From Candidatus Latescibacterota bacterium (lineage in GTDB: Bacteria; Latescibacterota; UBA2968; GCA-2709665), in assembly GCA_965219455.1 (NCBI GenBank), contig OZ244744.1, positions 128,001-192,000 on the forward strand: a DNA stretch of 64,000 bases, in the 5' to 3' direction. The position numbers were made by a program, and so were the translations under genes. The number at the start of each line of letters is the position of its first letter. Position 1 is the first letter of the stretch. Positions 29,315-39,767 of the stretch are shown here, one piece after another. A model generated the notes under the pieces. It ran no database searches, was not told where the DNA came from, and saw only the letters and a program-made list of their open reading frames with translations.

Positions 29315-30736
29315 TCAGAACCGCCCGAATTCCCAGATTAGACACGCCACGGCAAATACGATATATACGAGCGATGCAATCCCCATCATCACGGTGCACA
29401 CCCATCCAGGCCGTGCGGCCGCGGGCAGGTGACGATGGTTGATGTAGAGCGTAAGGGGCGTATAAATCGCCATTGCAAATCCGCCTATATAGGCAGCGTT
29501 GAACAAGAATCCCAATTCACTCACCCCGCGGGCTTCCATCACATACGTAATCAGGCATCCGGCCACGATCCACGTGGCCGCTACGACCAGATACCACCAG
29601 CTCAAATCCCGCTTCCGCGCCCCTTTGAAATTGGTGTAAACCATGTCGGCGATCGATCGCGACACCCCGTCGACGAGAGCAAGCTGAGTACTGAACAGGG
29701 TGGCCAGCCCCACGATCAGAAAAACGTATCTCCCCGTCTCTCCCCAAACCGTTGCCAGGACCTCGGCTTCGTCCCAGATCAGTGTACCCCTGGCGGGTAC
29801 GATCCCATTCGGGTGCAAGACCGCAAGCGCACCAAAGATGAATAGCAAAATGGTTACTGAATTCAGGGCCCAGAAAAACAGCATCTGATCTTTCTTCACA
29901 TAGTCGAACCAGCGCCTGAAATGACCGATATTCTCTTCTGTCTCCTCAAACCGGAATCCGGTGGAGGGCATTGCCTCGGTCTGCCCCCGCAGTGGATTCC
30001 GCATTTTGGGCAAATGCGCGCCCATCCCGATATGCTTGTCGCGCAAGTAGAACGTATAGAAGAGATTGGCCGTACCTCCGGCGCCTGCAAAGACAAGAGC
30101 GATGAACATCGCCTTCACACTCATTCCCGGGTCGATGTAACCGATATTGACGACGCCTCTCCCAAGTGATGCCCAGGTCTCCGCCGATCCAACCGCGTAC
30201 GCGACCACAATCAGGCCAATTGTCACCAGCACCACGAGCAATTCAATGCTCCGTTCGACGGATTGGTAAATCAACTTTGGCCCGAAGAGAATCAGGGCCA
30301 CGCCGGCAAAAGTGATTACCGTCCAGCACGTGTCCGAGCCCCATCCATGCGGCCCCACCAGCAGCGCCTTCAAGGCCAGCCCGGAAGCGCGGCCCCACCC
30401 CGGAGCGATCCAGCTGAATATCGTCAGCAGGATGAATACGGGAGCAAATCCGCGCCACACGCGGCTGTATCCCGTATATACCGTTTCGCCCGTGGCAACC
30501 GTCCAACGCCCCACTTCAAAGTTGATCCAGAGTTGGAGGATAATGCCGACACAGGCCGCCCACACCATGCCGGCTCCGTATTCCGCTACGATGCGTGGCC
30601 AGATAACGATCTCACCCGCACCGATCGAAAGCCCCACCAGAATTGCGCCCGGCCCGGCCAGTTTCCAGAAAGACCGTTTCCGCCCAGGCATCTTTCTGAG
30701 TTCAAAGTCTTTCAGTGGCTCGAAAATACCTGCCAT
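29315..30736 (-). CDS. Nramp/APC-superfamily-like transporter
   Basis: About 11 TMs; GPGAILVGLSIGAGE..IWP, EVGRWTVATGET, LFSTQLALVDGVSR. Confidence 0.8.
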   Translation of the reverse strand: MAGIFEPLKDFELRKMPGRKRSFWKLAGPGAILVGLSIGAGEIVIWPRIVAEYGAGMVWAACVGIILQLWINFEVGRWTVATGETVYTGYSRVWRGFAPVFILLTIFSWIAPGWGRASGLALKALLVGPHGWGSDTCWTVITFAGVALILFGPKLIYQSVERSIELLVVLVTIGLIVVAYAVGSAETWASLGRGVVNIGYIDPGMSVKAMFIALVFAGAGGTANLFYTFYLRDKHIGMGAHLPKMRNPLRGQTEAMPSTGFRFEETEENIGHFRRWFDYVKKDQMLFFWALNSVTILLFIFGALAVLHPNGIVPARGTLIWDEAEVLATVWGETGRYVFLIVGLATLFSTQLALVDGVSRSIADMVYTNFKGARKRDLSWWYLVVAATWIVAGCLITYVMEARGVSELGFLFNAAYIGGFAMAIYTPLTLYINHRHLPAAARPGWVCTVMMGIASLVYIVFAVACLIWEFGRF

Positions 30737-31139
30737 ATAAACTCTCCTTACGGATTCGGCGGCGGCTTTACACCTGCCGGGTGGGGGACGACGAGTGTCC
30801 CTCTTCCAGCGACCACTACAGATGCCGACGTTTCTTCGTCCGGATTCTTACACGTCGTCGGGCCGCCTTTGGGGGTTCAAGCCCGTTCCAGAGTTCAATA
30901 CACGCATCTAAAATACCCTCCGTGAGCGCAAAACACAACCGTTCGACCGGGCGTCCTCATGCGAACGCCACGTGCGGATTCGCTGACGGCCTGATATCCG
31001 GAAAAGTGCGTTTTTCGCGATTCTTTCCGGGCAATCCGGTCAGGAAGGCGTCTATTCGGGTGAGTTGGAGCATCGGCCTGGAACGCCACCGTGTCGATGC
31101 AGGTCGCGAAACAGGTCGTCCGAGTCCGCGGGATTGAAT

Positions 31140-31174
31140 AAAAAAAAAGGCTCGGGGAATTGTCCGGCCTTTCT
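31140..31174 (-). terminator. Intrinsic terminator
   Basis: aaaggc-tcgg...ccg-gccttt hairpin with an A9 tract, read as a U-tract on the minus strand. Confidence 0.6.
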
Positions 31175-31372
31175 CATTTCCGGTTCCGCTGCGATTCGGA
31201 CGACGTTCCAACATCAGGAATCCAATACTCCTTGCAGGGATTCAGGACACTTCTCTATCGATTGGCGACAGGATCTCCCCGCGTTGAGTTGGAAAACCCA
31301 CGCAACGCTGTTTAACACTTCTACGACGCGAAACACCCCGGCCGGGCGTTGTCGATCCTGCTTCGAGTCACG

Positions 31373-31891
31373 CTACCGCACCCGCTTCCAGGTATCCACG
31401 AACACATCGGGAAACGACCCGACCATCTGATCACCCTGAAACTCCTCGCTGTACCCTCTCTCGTGCGTGATGCAAATCAGACCGTCTTCCAGCGTAATTT
31501 TACCCTTTTCGACCTTGACCTTGTGATAAATTGTAATGGGCGCTTCGGATGACGAGCGATAACCCTGTCGGAAGAGCAGATACCGGGAACGCGTAATCGC
31601 GGAGGTCGAGATCTCGTACTTGCTTGCGGCAAAGTTAAATGTCCTGGGCTTTTCGCCGCCCGCATCGACCAGCATGTTCAGGGTGACGTGGGCTTTTCGC
31701 GAATCGATGGGCTGCCACGAGAACATGCCCGAAACCTCGGGTTTTCGAAGCACCGTCCCGTCCGGCAGCAGTCGGGACTCCAATTCCCACGTGCCCGCAA
31801 GTTGCTCCTGCATCTGTGCCAGTCGGTCGCTACAGCCCAGAGCAAGCCCCGCGCTCACCATCAAAATAACGAACATCAATCGGCCATTCAT
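31373..31891 (-). CDS. Hypothetical lipoprotein (lipocalin-like)
   Basis: Lipobox ALGC; LAGTWELES (lipocalin GxW); C-terminal WKRVR; RBS GGAG. Confidence 0.6.
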   Translation of the reverse strand: MNGRLMFVILMVSAGLALGCSDRLAQMQEQLAGTWELESRLLPDGTVLRKPEVSGMFSWQPIDSRKAHVTLNMLVDAGGEKPRTFNFAASKYEISTSAITRSRYLLFRQGYRSSSEAPITIYHKVKVEKGKITLEDGLICITHERGYSEEFQGDQMVGSFPDVFVDTWKRVR

Positions 31892-32055
31892 CGCTGTCTC
31901 CATAAGGTCCATCCAGGCATCCGGCGGGGCGCCGCTCAGCGCCCAGCCCTGTAACACGCGGAACAGTATATTCCCGGGAATCCGCTCTGTCAAGAAAAAA
32001 AGCCTCGATCGTGTGTTGCTGTCGAGGCTCCATGGGCAAATTTGACTCTATTTGT

Positions 32056-32331
32056 TCAATTGACAGCGTCCTTAAGCGCCTTGCCTGCTCTAAAACGAAC
32101 GGTCCTTCCCGCTGAAATCTGAATACTCTCACCCGTCTGAGGATTTCGACCGGTGCGTGCGGCCCTGGTTCCAACCGAAAACGTCCCGAATCCGGAAATG
32201 GCGACACGCTCACCGTTTTTGAGCGAATCGGTGATTTCTTTCAGAACGACACGCAGTGCTGATTCCGCATTCCTTTTTGACAGACCGGCCTGATTTGCAA
32301 TCGCATCGACTAGATCGGCCCTGCTCGACAT
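32056..32331 (-). CDS. hup: DNA-binding protein HU
   Basis: GFGTFSV..RAARTGRNPQTGE.I.I, FRAGKALKDAVN. Confidence 0.97.
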   Translation of the reverse strand: MSSRADLVDAIANQAGLSKRNAESALRVVLKEITDSLKNGERVAISGFGTFSVGTRAARTGRNPQTGESIQISAGRTVRFRAGKALKDAVN

Positions 32332-32363
32332 GGCAATTCACCCCCTTTCTGGAATTTGCCCTG

Positions 32364-32393
32364 AATATAGGCCCGATTGTGGGAATTTGTCAA
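32364..32393 (-). promoter_or_regulatory. sigma70 promoter of hup
   Basis: Minus-strand TTGACA, 18 bp, TATATT. Confidence 0.6.
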
Positions 32394-32664
32394 GTGCGCC
32401 GATACCCTACGACAAAAAAAGTCGGTTCTTTCTTCGATATAATCGCTCAATTATAGCAACAAGAGGGATTGGAACTGGTTTCTTGCCAGGATTTCCGACA
32501 CTGATACCGAAACCGGTCCGCGGGTGGTACCCAAAATTGTGGCAAAAACAACGGCGGAGACCATTTTCGGTCTCCGCCCCGTGGGATCCCCAACCAGAGT
32601 CGTCGCGGGCGTGGGGCCAGGATCGAGCAAATGCGGCCCTGGCAATTGGCCGGTCCGGCCTTAT

Positions 32665-32823
32665 CAGTCCGTTGAAAAAGTCGCTCTGCAGGCGAGGCCG
32701 AGTCATTGTGGCCGAAGACAAGGCGCGCGACCGCGTCGAATCGGGGATTCGGGGAGGGAGCGCAACGCAGTAATTCGGCCACAAGGGCCGGCCGCAGCCC
32801 GGATGGACTTTTTCAACGGGCTG
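32665..32823 (-). mobile_element. MITE family A, copy 1 (159 bp)
   Basis: TIRs cagtccgttgaaaaagtc / gactttttcaacgggctg; flanked by TTAT direct repeats (32661-64, 32824-27), the second containing the sigma-gene stop codon. Confidence 0.9.
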
Positions 32824-33675
32824 TTATGCCGACTCCATGAGCGGCTCGAGTTGCAGCCGGCGACGCGGATGTCGAAGTCGCCGGAGGGCCTTTTCCTTAA
32901 TCTGCCGAACCCGTTCCCTGGTGAGGCTGAACCGGGTGCCGATTTCCTCCAATGTCATCGCTTCATCGTCGCCTAACCCGAAATAAAGCCTCAACACTTC
33001 CGCTTCACGCGCATCGAGCGTATCCAGGACCATCCTGACCTGATCCTTGACCGACTCGTCGACCACTTCAAGATCCGGCGCTTTTTGAGAGCTATCCGGC
33101 AGGATATGCAGCAGGCTGTGGTCGTCGTCGTCCTTGAACGATGCATCGAGCGACCATACATCGCGCGCCCTGAGGAGTGTATCCTGCACCATATCCACCG
33201 AAACGCCCAACTTTTCCGCAATCGTCTCAGGATCGGGATCGGACTCTTCCGATTGTCGAATCTCTCGCGACACCTTCGCGATATTGTGCAACAGATCAAT
33301 CCGGTTGATGGGCAACCGCACAACCCGTGAATCCTGCGCGAGGCTCTGATGAATGGCCTGCCGGATCCACCAGACCGCGTAAGAAATGAACTTGAATCCC
33401 CGCGTCCCGTCAAATCGTTCGGCGGCCGTCATCAGACCCATGTTCCCCGCGCTGATAAGATCGGCCAACGGCACGCCATGGTTCTGGTATTCCCTGGCGA
33501 CGCTAACGACAAAACGGAGATTCGAACCAACCAGCCTGTCCCTGGCCCGTTGATCTCCCTTTCGGATCCGGTCCGCGAGTGCAATCTCTGTCTCGGCATT
33601 AAGCGGCTCCGAAGAAGCGATATCCCTGAGATAGAGATCCAGAGATTCGCTATCCTGTATCAATATTCCAGCCAC
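32824..33675 (-). CDS. RNA polymerase sigma70 factor, short RpoD/SigA-like (no region 1.1)
   Basis: LDLYLRDI, NLRFVVSVA, DLISAGNMGL..AAERFD..RGFKFISYAVWWIRQAI, TLEEIG..FSLTRERVRQIKEKALRRLR. Confidence 0.93.
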   Translation of the reverse strand: MAGILIQDSESLDLYLRDIASSEPLNAETEIALADRIRKGDQRARDRLVGSNLRFVVSVAREYQNHGVPLADLISAGNMGLMTAAERFDGTRGFKFISYAVWWIRQAIHQSLAQDSRVVRLPINRIDLLHNIAKVSREIRQSEESDPDPETIAEKLGVSVDMVQDTLLRARDVWSLDASFKDDDDHSLLHILPDSSQKAPDLEVVDESVKDQVRMVLDTLDAREAEVLRLYFGLGDDEAMTLEEIGTRFSLTRERVRQIKEKALRRLRHPRRRLQLEPLMESA

Positions 33676-33714
33676 GTGTCCAACCTCCGGAAAAATAATG
33701 TGCGTTGCCCACGT

Positions 33715-34263
33715 TTACGTCGCCGGGACGTGCGCTCTGCACGCCTCCCGCAAAGGCCCGCGCAGGCTCATCTGCCGCAACAGAAGGCGATTCATTTCCT
33801 CGGCCGTACGGGACTTGAGAAAAGTTGCAGTAAAGTCTTCATGGAATAGCCTGCACAAGTAGCCGAGAAGGGGCAGATATCTGATATCGCCCTCCCCCGG
33901 CACCGCCATAAGGCAAATCAGCCGAACCGGCTCCGGATGCGTCTCCGAGTGAAAATCCACACCGTGCGATGAAATGCCCAACGCCATACCCAGATGCGCG
34001 GCAGACCGGCAACGGGCGTGGGGAAACGCGATCCCGTTTCCAGCAACGGTACTCTCCAGGTCTTCTCGGTCCAGAACCGATTGCAAAAAACGCAAGCTGT
34101 CGGTCACATAACCCGCGCCGTGTAACCGGTTCACGAGGGCCTTGATTGCACCCATCCGATCCCGCGGTTTCAGGCTTTCGACCATCGTCTCGGGGTGGAA
34201 ATCAACCACACCGCTCAATTCCGTTTTCCATTCACTTCCGTCGTAGTACTCTGAGAACGCCAT
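33715..34263 (-). CDS. PTS EIIA (PtsN/fructose-type) domain protein
   Basis: VLDRE...ST..GNGIAFPHAR (phospho-His), GVDF...PVRLICL. Confidence 0.85.
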   Translation of the reverse strand: MAFSEYYDGSEWKTELSGVVDFHPETMVESLKPRDRMGAIKALVNRLHGAGYVTDSLRFLQSVLDREDLESTVAGNGIAFPHARCRSAAHLGMALGISSHGVDFHSETHPEPVRLICLMAVPGEGDIRYLPLLGYLCRLFHEDFTATFLKSRTAEEMNRLLLRQMSLRGPLREACRAHVPAT

Positions 34264-34497
34264 GCCAATATAGCCATTGTTTGAAAATCAGCTCGATCCG
34301 GACATGTGTCTATTTCAAGTGTATCGAAGTGCCTGGATCGAAATTCAGCATATTACCCAATGCAAATTTTGCAGAACCGTCGCTTGTACGGTCACTACCA
34401 GTTCAGTATCTCTCACGTAAAACTCGCTGTAAAACAACCGCTTACGGCAAATCTCAGTGGTTTCATCGAATCCTGCAGTATCGTCTCCCTAAATATA

Positions 34498-34513
34498 AGC
34501 AACTTCAATGCCA
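34498..34513 (-). promoter_or_regulatory. sigma54 (-24/-12) promoter for the EIIA-sigma70 genes
   Basis: Minus strand reads TGGCAT-TGAAG-TTGCT against the consensus TGGCAC-N5-TTGCW; AT-rich tract 34515-34552 lies directly upstream. Confidence 0.8.
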
Positions 34514-34611
34514 GTTTTTTACAATAAAACATAAATATATAATATATATAAACTTACGCCCGGAGATTCCAATCGGCGGGCGCATGATCTCCGTTCTCGT
34601 GTTCATGCTGA

Positions 34612-34656
34612 CGCAAAATTTGCATCTAAATTCCGACGCGGCGCGCAAAAATTGCA
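34612..34656. promoter_or_regulatory. Tandem enhancer-like palindromes (candidate activator binding sites)
   Basis: CGCAAAATTTGCA 34612-24 and CGCAAAAATTGCA 34644-56, 32 bp apart; a third copy TGCAAATTTTGCA at 34361-73. Confidence 0.6.
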
Positions 34657-34696
34657 GAGTGGCTCGGAATGCGCCACCTGCGCGGCCTTCCTGCGC

Positions 34697-36058
34697 TCAG
34701 GAGTTCATGTTGTATTTCTTGATCTTGTAATGCAGCGCCCGCACGCTGATACCCAGCACGCGGGCGGCTTCCTTCCGGTTGGACGTTACGTGCGCCAGCG
34801 TTTTTTCGATCAAGATTCGTTCCATTTCCTCTAAGGACGAATTCAGCGGAATCACAAGATCCTGCGGAACCGGAGCGGACGTTCGGACGCCCGAAGGAAG
34901 GCTTTCGGGGCGAACCTCGGTCTCCAAACACGTTACAACGATACGTTCCACAGTGTTTTTTAATTCTCGGACGTTTCCCGGCCACGCGTAGTCCAGTATC
35001 ATCCGCATCGCATCGGGGGTGAACTGTTTCCTTGACTTGTGGTGGAGCGTGCAGAGCTCATCCAGAAAGGTCTCCACAAGCAGGGGAATATCCTCCTCGC
35101 GGTCCTTCAATAGAGGAAGCCGAATGGGAACGACATTGATCCTGTAATACAGATCTTCCCGGAATCGTCCCTCCCGGACCTCCAACTTGAGGTTTCTATT
35201 GGTTGCAAAAATGATACGCACGTCGGCTTTTCTCGGCAAGTTGCTGCCAACGGGAGTGTATACCTTCTCCTCCAGAACGCGCAGGAGGTCGACCTGATTG
35301 GCCAGTGGAATTTCACCCACTTCATCCAAAAACAACGTTCCGGCCTCCGCAGCGGCAAACCGGCCTGGATTGTCGGCGTGGGCGCCCGTAAACGCACCCT
35401 TGATGTGGCCGAACAACTCGCGTTCGAACAACGTTTCCGGTATTGCTCCGCAATTCACCGCCACCAGGGGACCGTTGCGCCGGCCGCTTCGCTGGTGAAT
35501 TGCCCGGGCGACAAGCTCCTTACCTGTGCCGGTATCGCCCATCACCAGAACGGGCACATCGGTCATTGCGGCCTGCGCAAGCGTGTCGCAGACCTGCTGC
35601 ATGGCGGGACTCCGGTGCACGATCTGTCCGAACGCCTCGGTCGAACCCAACCAGGCCCGAAGTTCCTTGTTCTCGGCAACCAGAGCCTGATGCTCCAGGA
35701 GGTGTCGCAGGGACAGATGCAGCCGCTTGAGATCCACCGGCTTCGCCAGATAATCATACGCACCCATGCGCATGGCATCTACCGCAGTGGATATGTCACC
35801 AAAGGCTGTAATAATGATTACGCCTGTATCGGGGCTGGTTTTTTTCAGCTGCCTCAACAGGGAAATCCCGTCGATTCCAGGCATCTTCAGATCCAGAATG
35901 GCCGCGTGGTAGACCCGCGCGTTCAGATTTTCGGCCGCCTCGACGCCGTCATAGGCCACGTCGACCGAATACCCGACGTTCGTCAACGACTCTTTGAGCC
36001 CTTCACATATGTGGTACTCGTCGTCGGCAACAAAGATCCGTATATCTTTTGTGTTCAT
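34697..36058 (-). CDS. sigma54-dependent response regulator (NtrC/AtoC family)
   Basis: REC (ADDE, LDLKMP, KP), AAA+ [38 protein letters not shown], Fis-type HTH. Confidence 0.96.
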   Translation of the reverse strand: MNTKDIRIFVADDEYHICEGLKESLTNVGYSVDVAYDGVEAAENLNARVYHAAILDLKMPGIDGISLLRQLKKTSPDTGVIIITAFGDISTAVDAMRMGAYDYLAKPVDLKRLHLSLRHLLEHQALVAENKELRAWLGSTEAFGQIVHRSPAMQQVCDTLAQAAMTDVPVLVMGDTGTGKELVARAIHQRSGRRNGPLVAVNCGAIPETLFERELFGHIKGAFTGAHADNPGRFAAAEAGTLFLDEVGEIPLANQVDLLRVLEEKVYTPVGSNLPRKADVRIIFATNRNLKLEVREGRFREDLYYRINVVPIRLPLLKDREEDIPLLVETFLDELCTLHHKSRKQFTPDAMRMILDYAWPGNVRELKNTVERIVVTCLETEVRPESLPSGVRTSAPVPQDLVIPLNSSLEEMERILIEKTLAHVTSNRKEAARVLGISVRALHYKIKKYNMNS

Positions 36059-36222
36059 TTCGCTCCGTCAACGGGCGCACCACATCCAGAATGTAGACGC
36101 CTCAACCATCCTGGGGCCAATTCAGGGCCCACGGTATGTGTATTGATTTGATTCCCGCGAGTTCAAGATGAGAAGCGCCGTGGATTTCAGCGAAACGGGA
36201 TTTATCAAGGTGGACGGGGACG

Positions 36223-37296
36223 CTACTCGGAAGGCTCGGCAACCGGCATATGGATCCTGAACACAGTCCCCTTACCCGTTTCGCTCTCCACCTCGATGTG
36301 CCCCCGGTGCTGATAGATGATCTGCTGTGCGATGGAGAGTCCCAGGCCCGTTCCTTCATCACGAGTCGTATAATAGAACTCGAATATCCGATCGATCTCC
36401 TCATCCGGGATCCCACAACCGGTATCCGAAATCGACAGACTAACCTGGCTACCGGCTGAATCCATCCGTGTTCGTGCGCAGAGTTCTCCACCGGATTCCA
36501 TGGCCTGGAACGCGTTAACCGTCATGTTCAGGACGGCCTGGCCCAATTGGCTTTCATCTCCATCGACCGCGGGCAGACATTCAAAAAGATCAAGCATCAG
36601 GCGAATGCCCCGCTCCCGCGCTTCCGGAGAGACCAGGTCAAAGACATTCTGAACGACGCTGTTCAAGCTTATTCGCTGCAGATCCAGCCTTGGCGTTCTG
36701 GAAAACCTCAAAAAATTATGCACTATTCGATCTAGCCGCTTCATTTCCATCTGCGCGATATTGAGCCTGCGATAAACGCGGCCCCGCAATCCCGCTTCGA
36801 CGTCCCTCATGTCGTCTTCCAGAAGTTGCAACTGAATATCCACCGCTCCCAGAGGGTTCCGGACCTCGTGCGCAACGGATGCGGCCAGGCGCCCGAGAGC
36901 GCTCATCTTGGCCACCTGATACGTCTCCCATTCCATTCGTTTCAGGGCAGAGACGTCCTGTACAACCAGAACCACGCCCTGTCCTGAATCGGTCTGCAGA
37001 AACGACGTCGTGGCGCCCAATCGACGCATCCCTCCCTCTTCCTTCTGCAACATAAGATCTTTGGGTACCAAATACAGCTTGCCTCCAAATCCCGCCTCCA
37101 GAATATCCAGCAGATCGGGGCGGCCCGAAAACAGCTCGTCGGCCCCCCGTCCGATCACCCGGCGTCCGGACAGTCCCAGCAGGCGAATCGATGCCCTGTT
37201 GGCCAACACCGCAGACCGATGTCGGTCGAACGCCATAACGCCCTCGTTCAAACCCTCCAGCAGCGCGGCGCTGTATTCCGTTGCAAATTTCGACAT
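36223..37296 (-). CDS. Cytoplasmic PAS-domain sensor histidine kinase (NtrB-like)
   Basis: PAS; AHEVRNPL H-box; N, G1 (DTGCGI), F and G2 (GTGLGL) boxes; no TM segment. Confidence 0.93.
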   Translation of the reverse strand: MSKFATEYSAALLEGLNEGVMAFDRHRSAVLANRASIRLLGLSGRRVIGRGADELFSGRPDLLDILEAGFGGKLYLVPKDLMLQKEEGGMRRLGATTSFLQTDSGQGVVLVVQDVSALKRMEWETYQVAKMSALGRLAASVAHEVRNPLGAVDIQLQLLEDDMRDVEAGLRGRVYRRLNIAQMEMKRLDRIVHNFLRFSRTPRLDLQRISLNSVVQNVFDLVSPEARERGIRLMLDLFECLPAVDGDESQLGQAVLNMTVNAFQAMESGGELCARTRMDSAGSQVSLSISDTGCGIPDEEIDRIFEFYYTTRDEGTGLGLSIAQQIIYQHRGHIEVESETGKGTVFRIHMPVAEPSE

Positions 37297-37740
37297 GATG
37301 GCTCTCCGGGTCATCCGTCTAACCTATGCAACCCCTACACAAAAGGCAAGCCCGATCCTCCAGCCGAAATCCGCAACACGCCTGGTTATCGCTCCGGCAC
37401 TACCTGAGGGAAGCCTTCACCCAATCCTGGCACCTTAAACGCACAACATACTTTGCGAGAACGACTTGAAACTTCCTTCGATTTTCGTGAGGCAGACGAG
37501 TGGCCATTGGGTCATCCAAACCTGATCCGGACTTTGATAATTGTTGATTGCGGGGAAGTCCACGCCCGGTACGGCGTTGCCACACGGGGAGCCGCTATGT
37601 CCGGGAGGTCACCAGCCCGCGGAGCACCCGGTCGAACTGCTTATTTCTCAATCACCCCAATAGGTGCGGGAACTTGGGATCGATCCCGTGTTACAATCGG
37701 GTAACATTTTCTCTATCTTCCGGAAAAATAAAGAAAAAGC

Positions 37741-37769
37741 TTGACAACACACACCTCTTGGATTATTGT
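37741..37769 (+). promoter_or_regulatory. sigma70 promoter of rho, followed by a C-rich/G-poor leader
   Basis: TTGACA, 17 bp, TATTGT; A-rich UP element; leader about 37776-38010 is pyrimidine-rich. Confidence 0.7.
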
Positions 37770-38010
37770 TTCTGTGTAATTCTTCTGCTTCCTTCCCACT
37801 TTTTAGCCGCACTCATACAGATGGCCCCTCGCTTTAGGCAGCCTTAGATACACGAACATCCTCGGTTCACCCCCTTTTGCCCGACAACTACAATTTCATC
37901 CGATCTTCTTTTCCGCCGTTCCCTCCGGCTCCCTGAGTTTCGGCCGGAATCCATGAAAGATTAACTACCTGTATCAATCACTCCGCAACTTTAACAAATT
38001 GGATCCGCCA

Positions 38011-39318
38011 ATGGCAACCGAAACGACCAGAGAATTTCCGAAGACGCCACCCCGAGCAAGTGGTGTGGAAATATTGGAACTCCAGAACATGACCATTTCG
38101 GAACTCGCAAGGTTGGCTCAGGGCCTTGAGATCCAGAGTTATGGAAGCCTGAGAAAACAGGAGCTGATTTTCTCCATCATTCAGGCACAGACCGCGAAAA
38201 ACGGATTGATCCTGGCCAAAGGCGTTCTGGAAATCCTGGAAGACGGCTTCGGCTTCCTCCGATCGCCCAATTACAATTATCTCCCGGGTCCGGACGATAT
38301 CTACGTCTCACATTCGCAGATCAAACGCTTCAATCTTCGTACGGGCGACACCATTTCAGGACAGATTCGCCCACCCAAGAACGACGAGAAGTATTTCGCG
38401 CTCATTCGGGTTGAGGCCGTGAACTTCGAAGATCCGGAACAGTCCAAACAGAAAACCCTCTTCGACAACCTCACCCCGCTGCATCCCCGGCAACGTCTGA
38501 AGCTGGAATACGATTCGAACGACTTTTCAACACGAATCATGAACCTGCTCACCCCCATCGGCAAAGGTCAGCGTGGGATGATAGTAGCGCCTCCCTTTAC
38601 GGGCAAAACCATGTTGCTTCAGAAAATAGCCAACGCAATCACCGAGAACCACCCCGAAATCATTCTCATTGTGCTACTGATAGATGAACGTCCCGAGGAA
38701 GTCACCGACATGCTGAGGTCCGTCAACGGTGAAGTCATCAGTTCCACATTCGACGAACCTCCGGCACGGCATGTACAGGTGGCAGATATGGTCATCGAAA
38801 AAGCCAAGCGCCTGGTGGAACATCAACAGGATGTCGTTATCCTGCTGGACAGTATTACGCGCCTTGCGCGGGCATATAACAACGTCATCCCCCACAGCGG
38901 CCGCATCCTGACCGGCGGTCTTGATTCCAGCGCCATGCAATGGCCCAAACGATTCTTCGGCGCCGCGCGAAACATTGAAGAAGGTGGCAGTCTGACCATC
39001 CTTTCCACAGCCCTTGTCGAAACCGGAAGCCGCATGGACGAGGTCATTTTCGAAGAATTCAAGGGTACCGGTAACATGGAACTGAAACTGGACCGGCGGC
39101 TGAGCAACCGGCGAATCTATCCCGCGATCGACGTAACCCAGTCCGGCACTCGAAAAGAGGAACTGCTGCTCGACGAAAAAGAGCTCAATCGGGTCTGGAT
39201 CCTGCGCCGGTTGCTCAACCAGATGCCTGCTCTGGAAGCCATGGAATTCCTCAAAGAAAAGATGGCGGGGACCAGAAACAACGAGTCCTTTCTGGATTCA
39301 ATGAACAGGCAGTTGTAA
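38011..39318 (+). CDS. rho: Transcription termination factor Rho
   Basis: [64 protein letters not shown]. Confidence 0.98.
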   Translation: MATETTREFPKTPPRASGVEILELQNMTISELARLAQGLEIQSYGSLRKQELIFSIIQAQTAKNGLILAKGVLEILEDGFGFLRSPNYNYLPGPDDIYVSHSQIKRFNLRTGDTISGQIRPPKNDEKYFALIRVEAVNFEDPEQSKQKTLFDNLTPLHPRQRLKLEYDSNDFSTRIMNLLTPIGKGQRGMIVAPPFTGKTMLLQKIANAITENHPEIILIVLLIDERPEEVTDMLRSVNGEVISSTFDEPPARHVQVADMVIEKAKRLVEHQQDVVILLDSITRLARAYNNVIPHSGRILTGGLDSSAMQWPKRFFGAARNIEEGGSLTILSTALVETGSRMDEVIFEEFKGTGNMELKLDRRLSNRRIYPAIDVTQSGTRKEELLLDEKELNRVWILRRLLNQMPALEAMEFLKEKMAGTRNNESFLDSMNRQL

Positions 39319-39489
39319 GAAACCCGAGTATCGGCTTTCAGGAACCGCCAAGCCGGAGGCACGGACGGCGGCGGTTTCCTATCCAGTAGCCGCGTTTGGC
39401 CTTTATGTCCTTGCGCAAGAATTCTGTTTTGTATATATTTCGTGTCCGTGTTTATCGTCGACTCTTCCGCATCTGAGGACCTGTATCAC

Positions 39490-39747
39490 GTGAAACCGAA
39501 AATTCATCCCAATTACGTGGAAACCACCATCACCTGCGCCTGCGGGAATACCCTGACCACGCAGGCGACCGTGCCCGGCCTGCGGGTGGACATCTGCTCC
39601 AAGTGTCATCCATTTTACACGGGCAAGCAGCGCCTGGTGGACACAGCAGGAATGGTGGAACGCTTCCGGCGGCGGTACAAAATAAACGACGAGGAAGCCG
39701 GCGATGTCCCTGAGCCGGCCGGAGCGACGGAAGCCGCCGAAGATTAG
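39490..39747 (+). CDS. rpmE: 50S ribosomal protein L31 (Zn-binding, C+ type)
   Basis: [27 protein letters not shown]; GTG start. Confidence 0.95.
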   Translation: MKPKIHPNYVETTITCACGNTLTTQATVPGLRVDICSKCHPFYTGKQRLVDTAGMVERFRRRYKINDEEAGDVPEPAGATEAAED

Positions 39748-39767
39748 CCATCCGGACTGTCACAGAT

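Noticed and set aside
30748-30907. Selenoprotein or glycine riboswitch upstream of the transporter
   Set aside because: The TGA-containing frame has two TGAs and no start; only a fragment (ACTCTGGA) resembles the glycine aptamer, and the GCCGAAG and CTCAGG elements are absent.
32330-32976. Several 110-150 aa ORFs between hup and the sigma gene (also 48530-48875)
   Set aside because: They arise from MITE or promoter sequence, and the same pseudo-peptides recur at each MITE copy.
37428-37443. Second sigma54 promoter (TGGCAC-N5-ACGCA, + strand)
   Set aside because: The -12 element is poor and no gene follows closely; rho has its own sigma70 promoter.
37314-37690. Housekeeping ncRNA (tmRNA, RNase P, SRP, 6S) in the long intergenic gap
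   Set aside because: I recognised no diagnostic motifs by eye; an Infernal search would be needed to exclude them fully.
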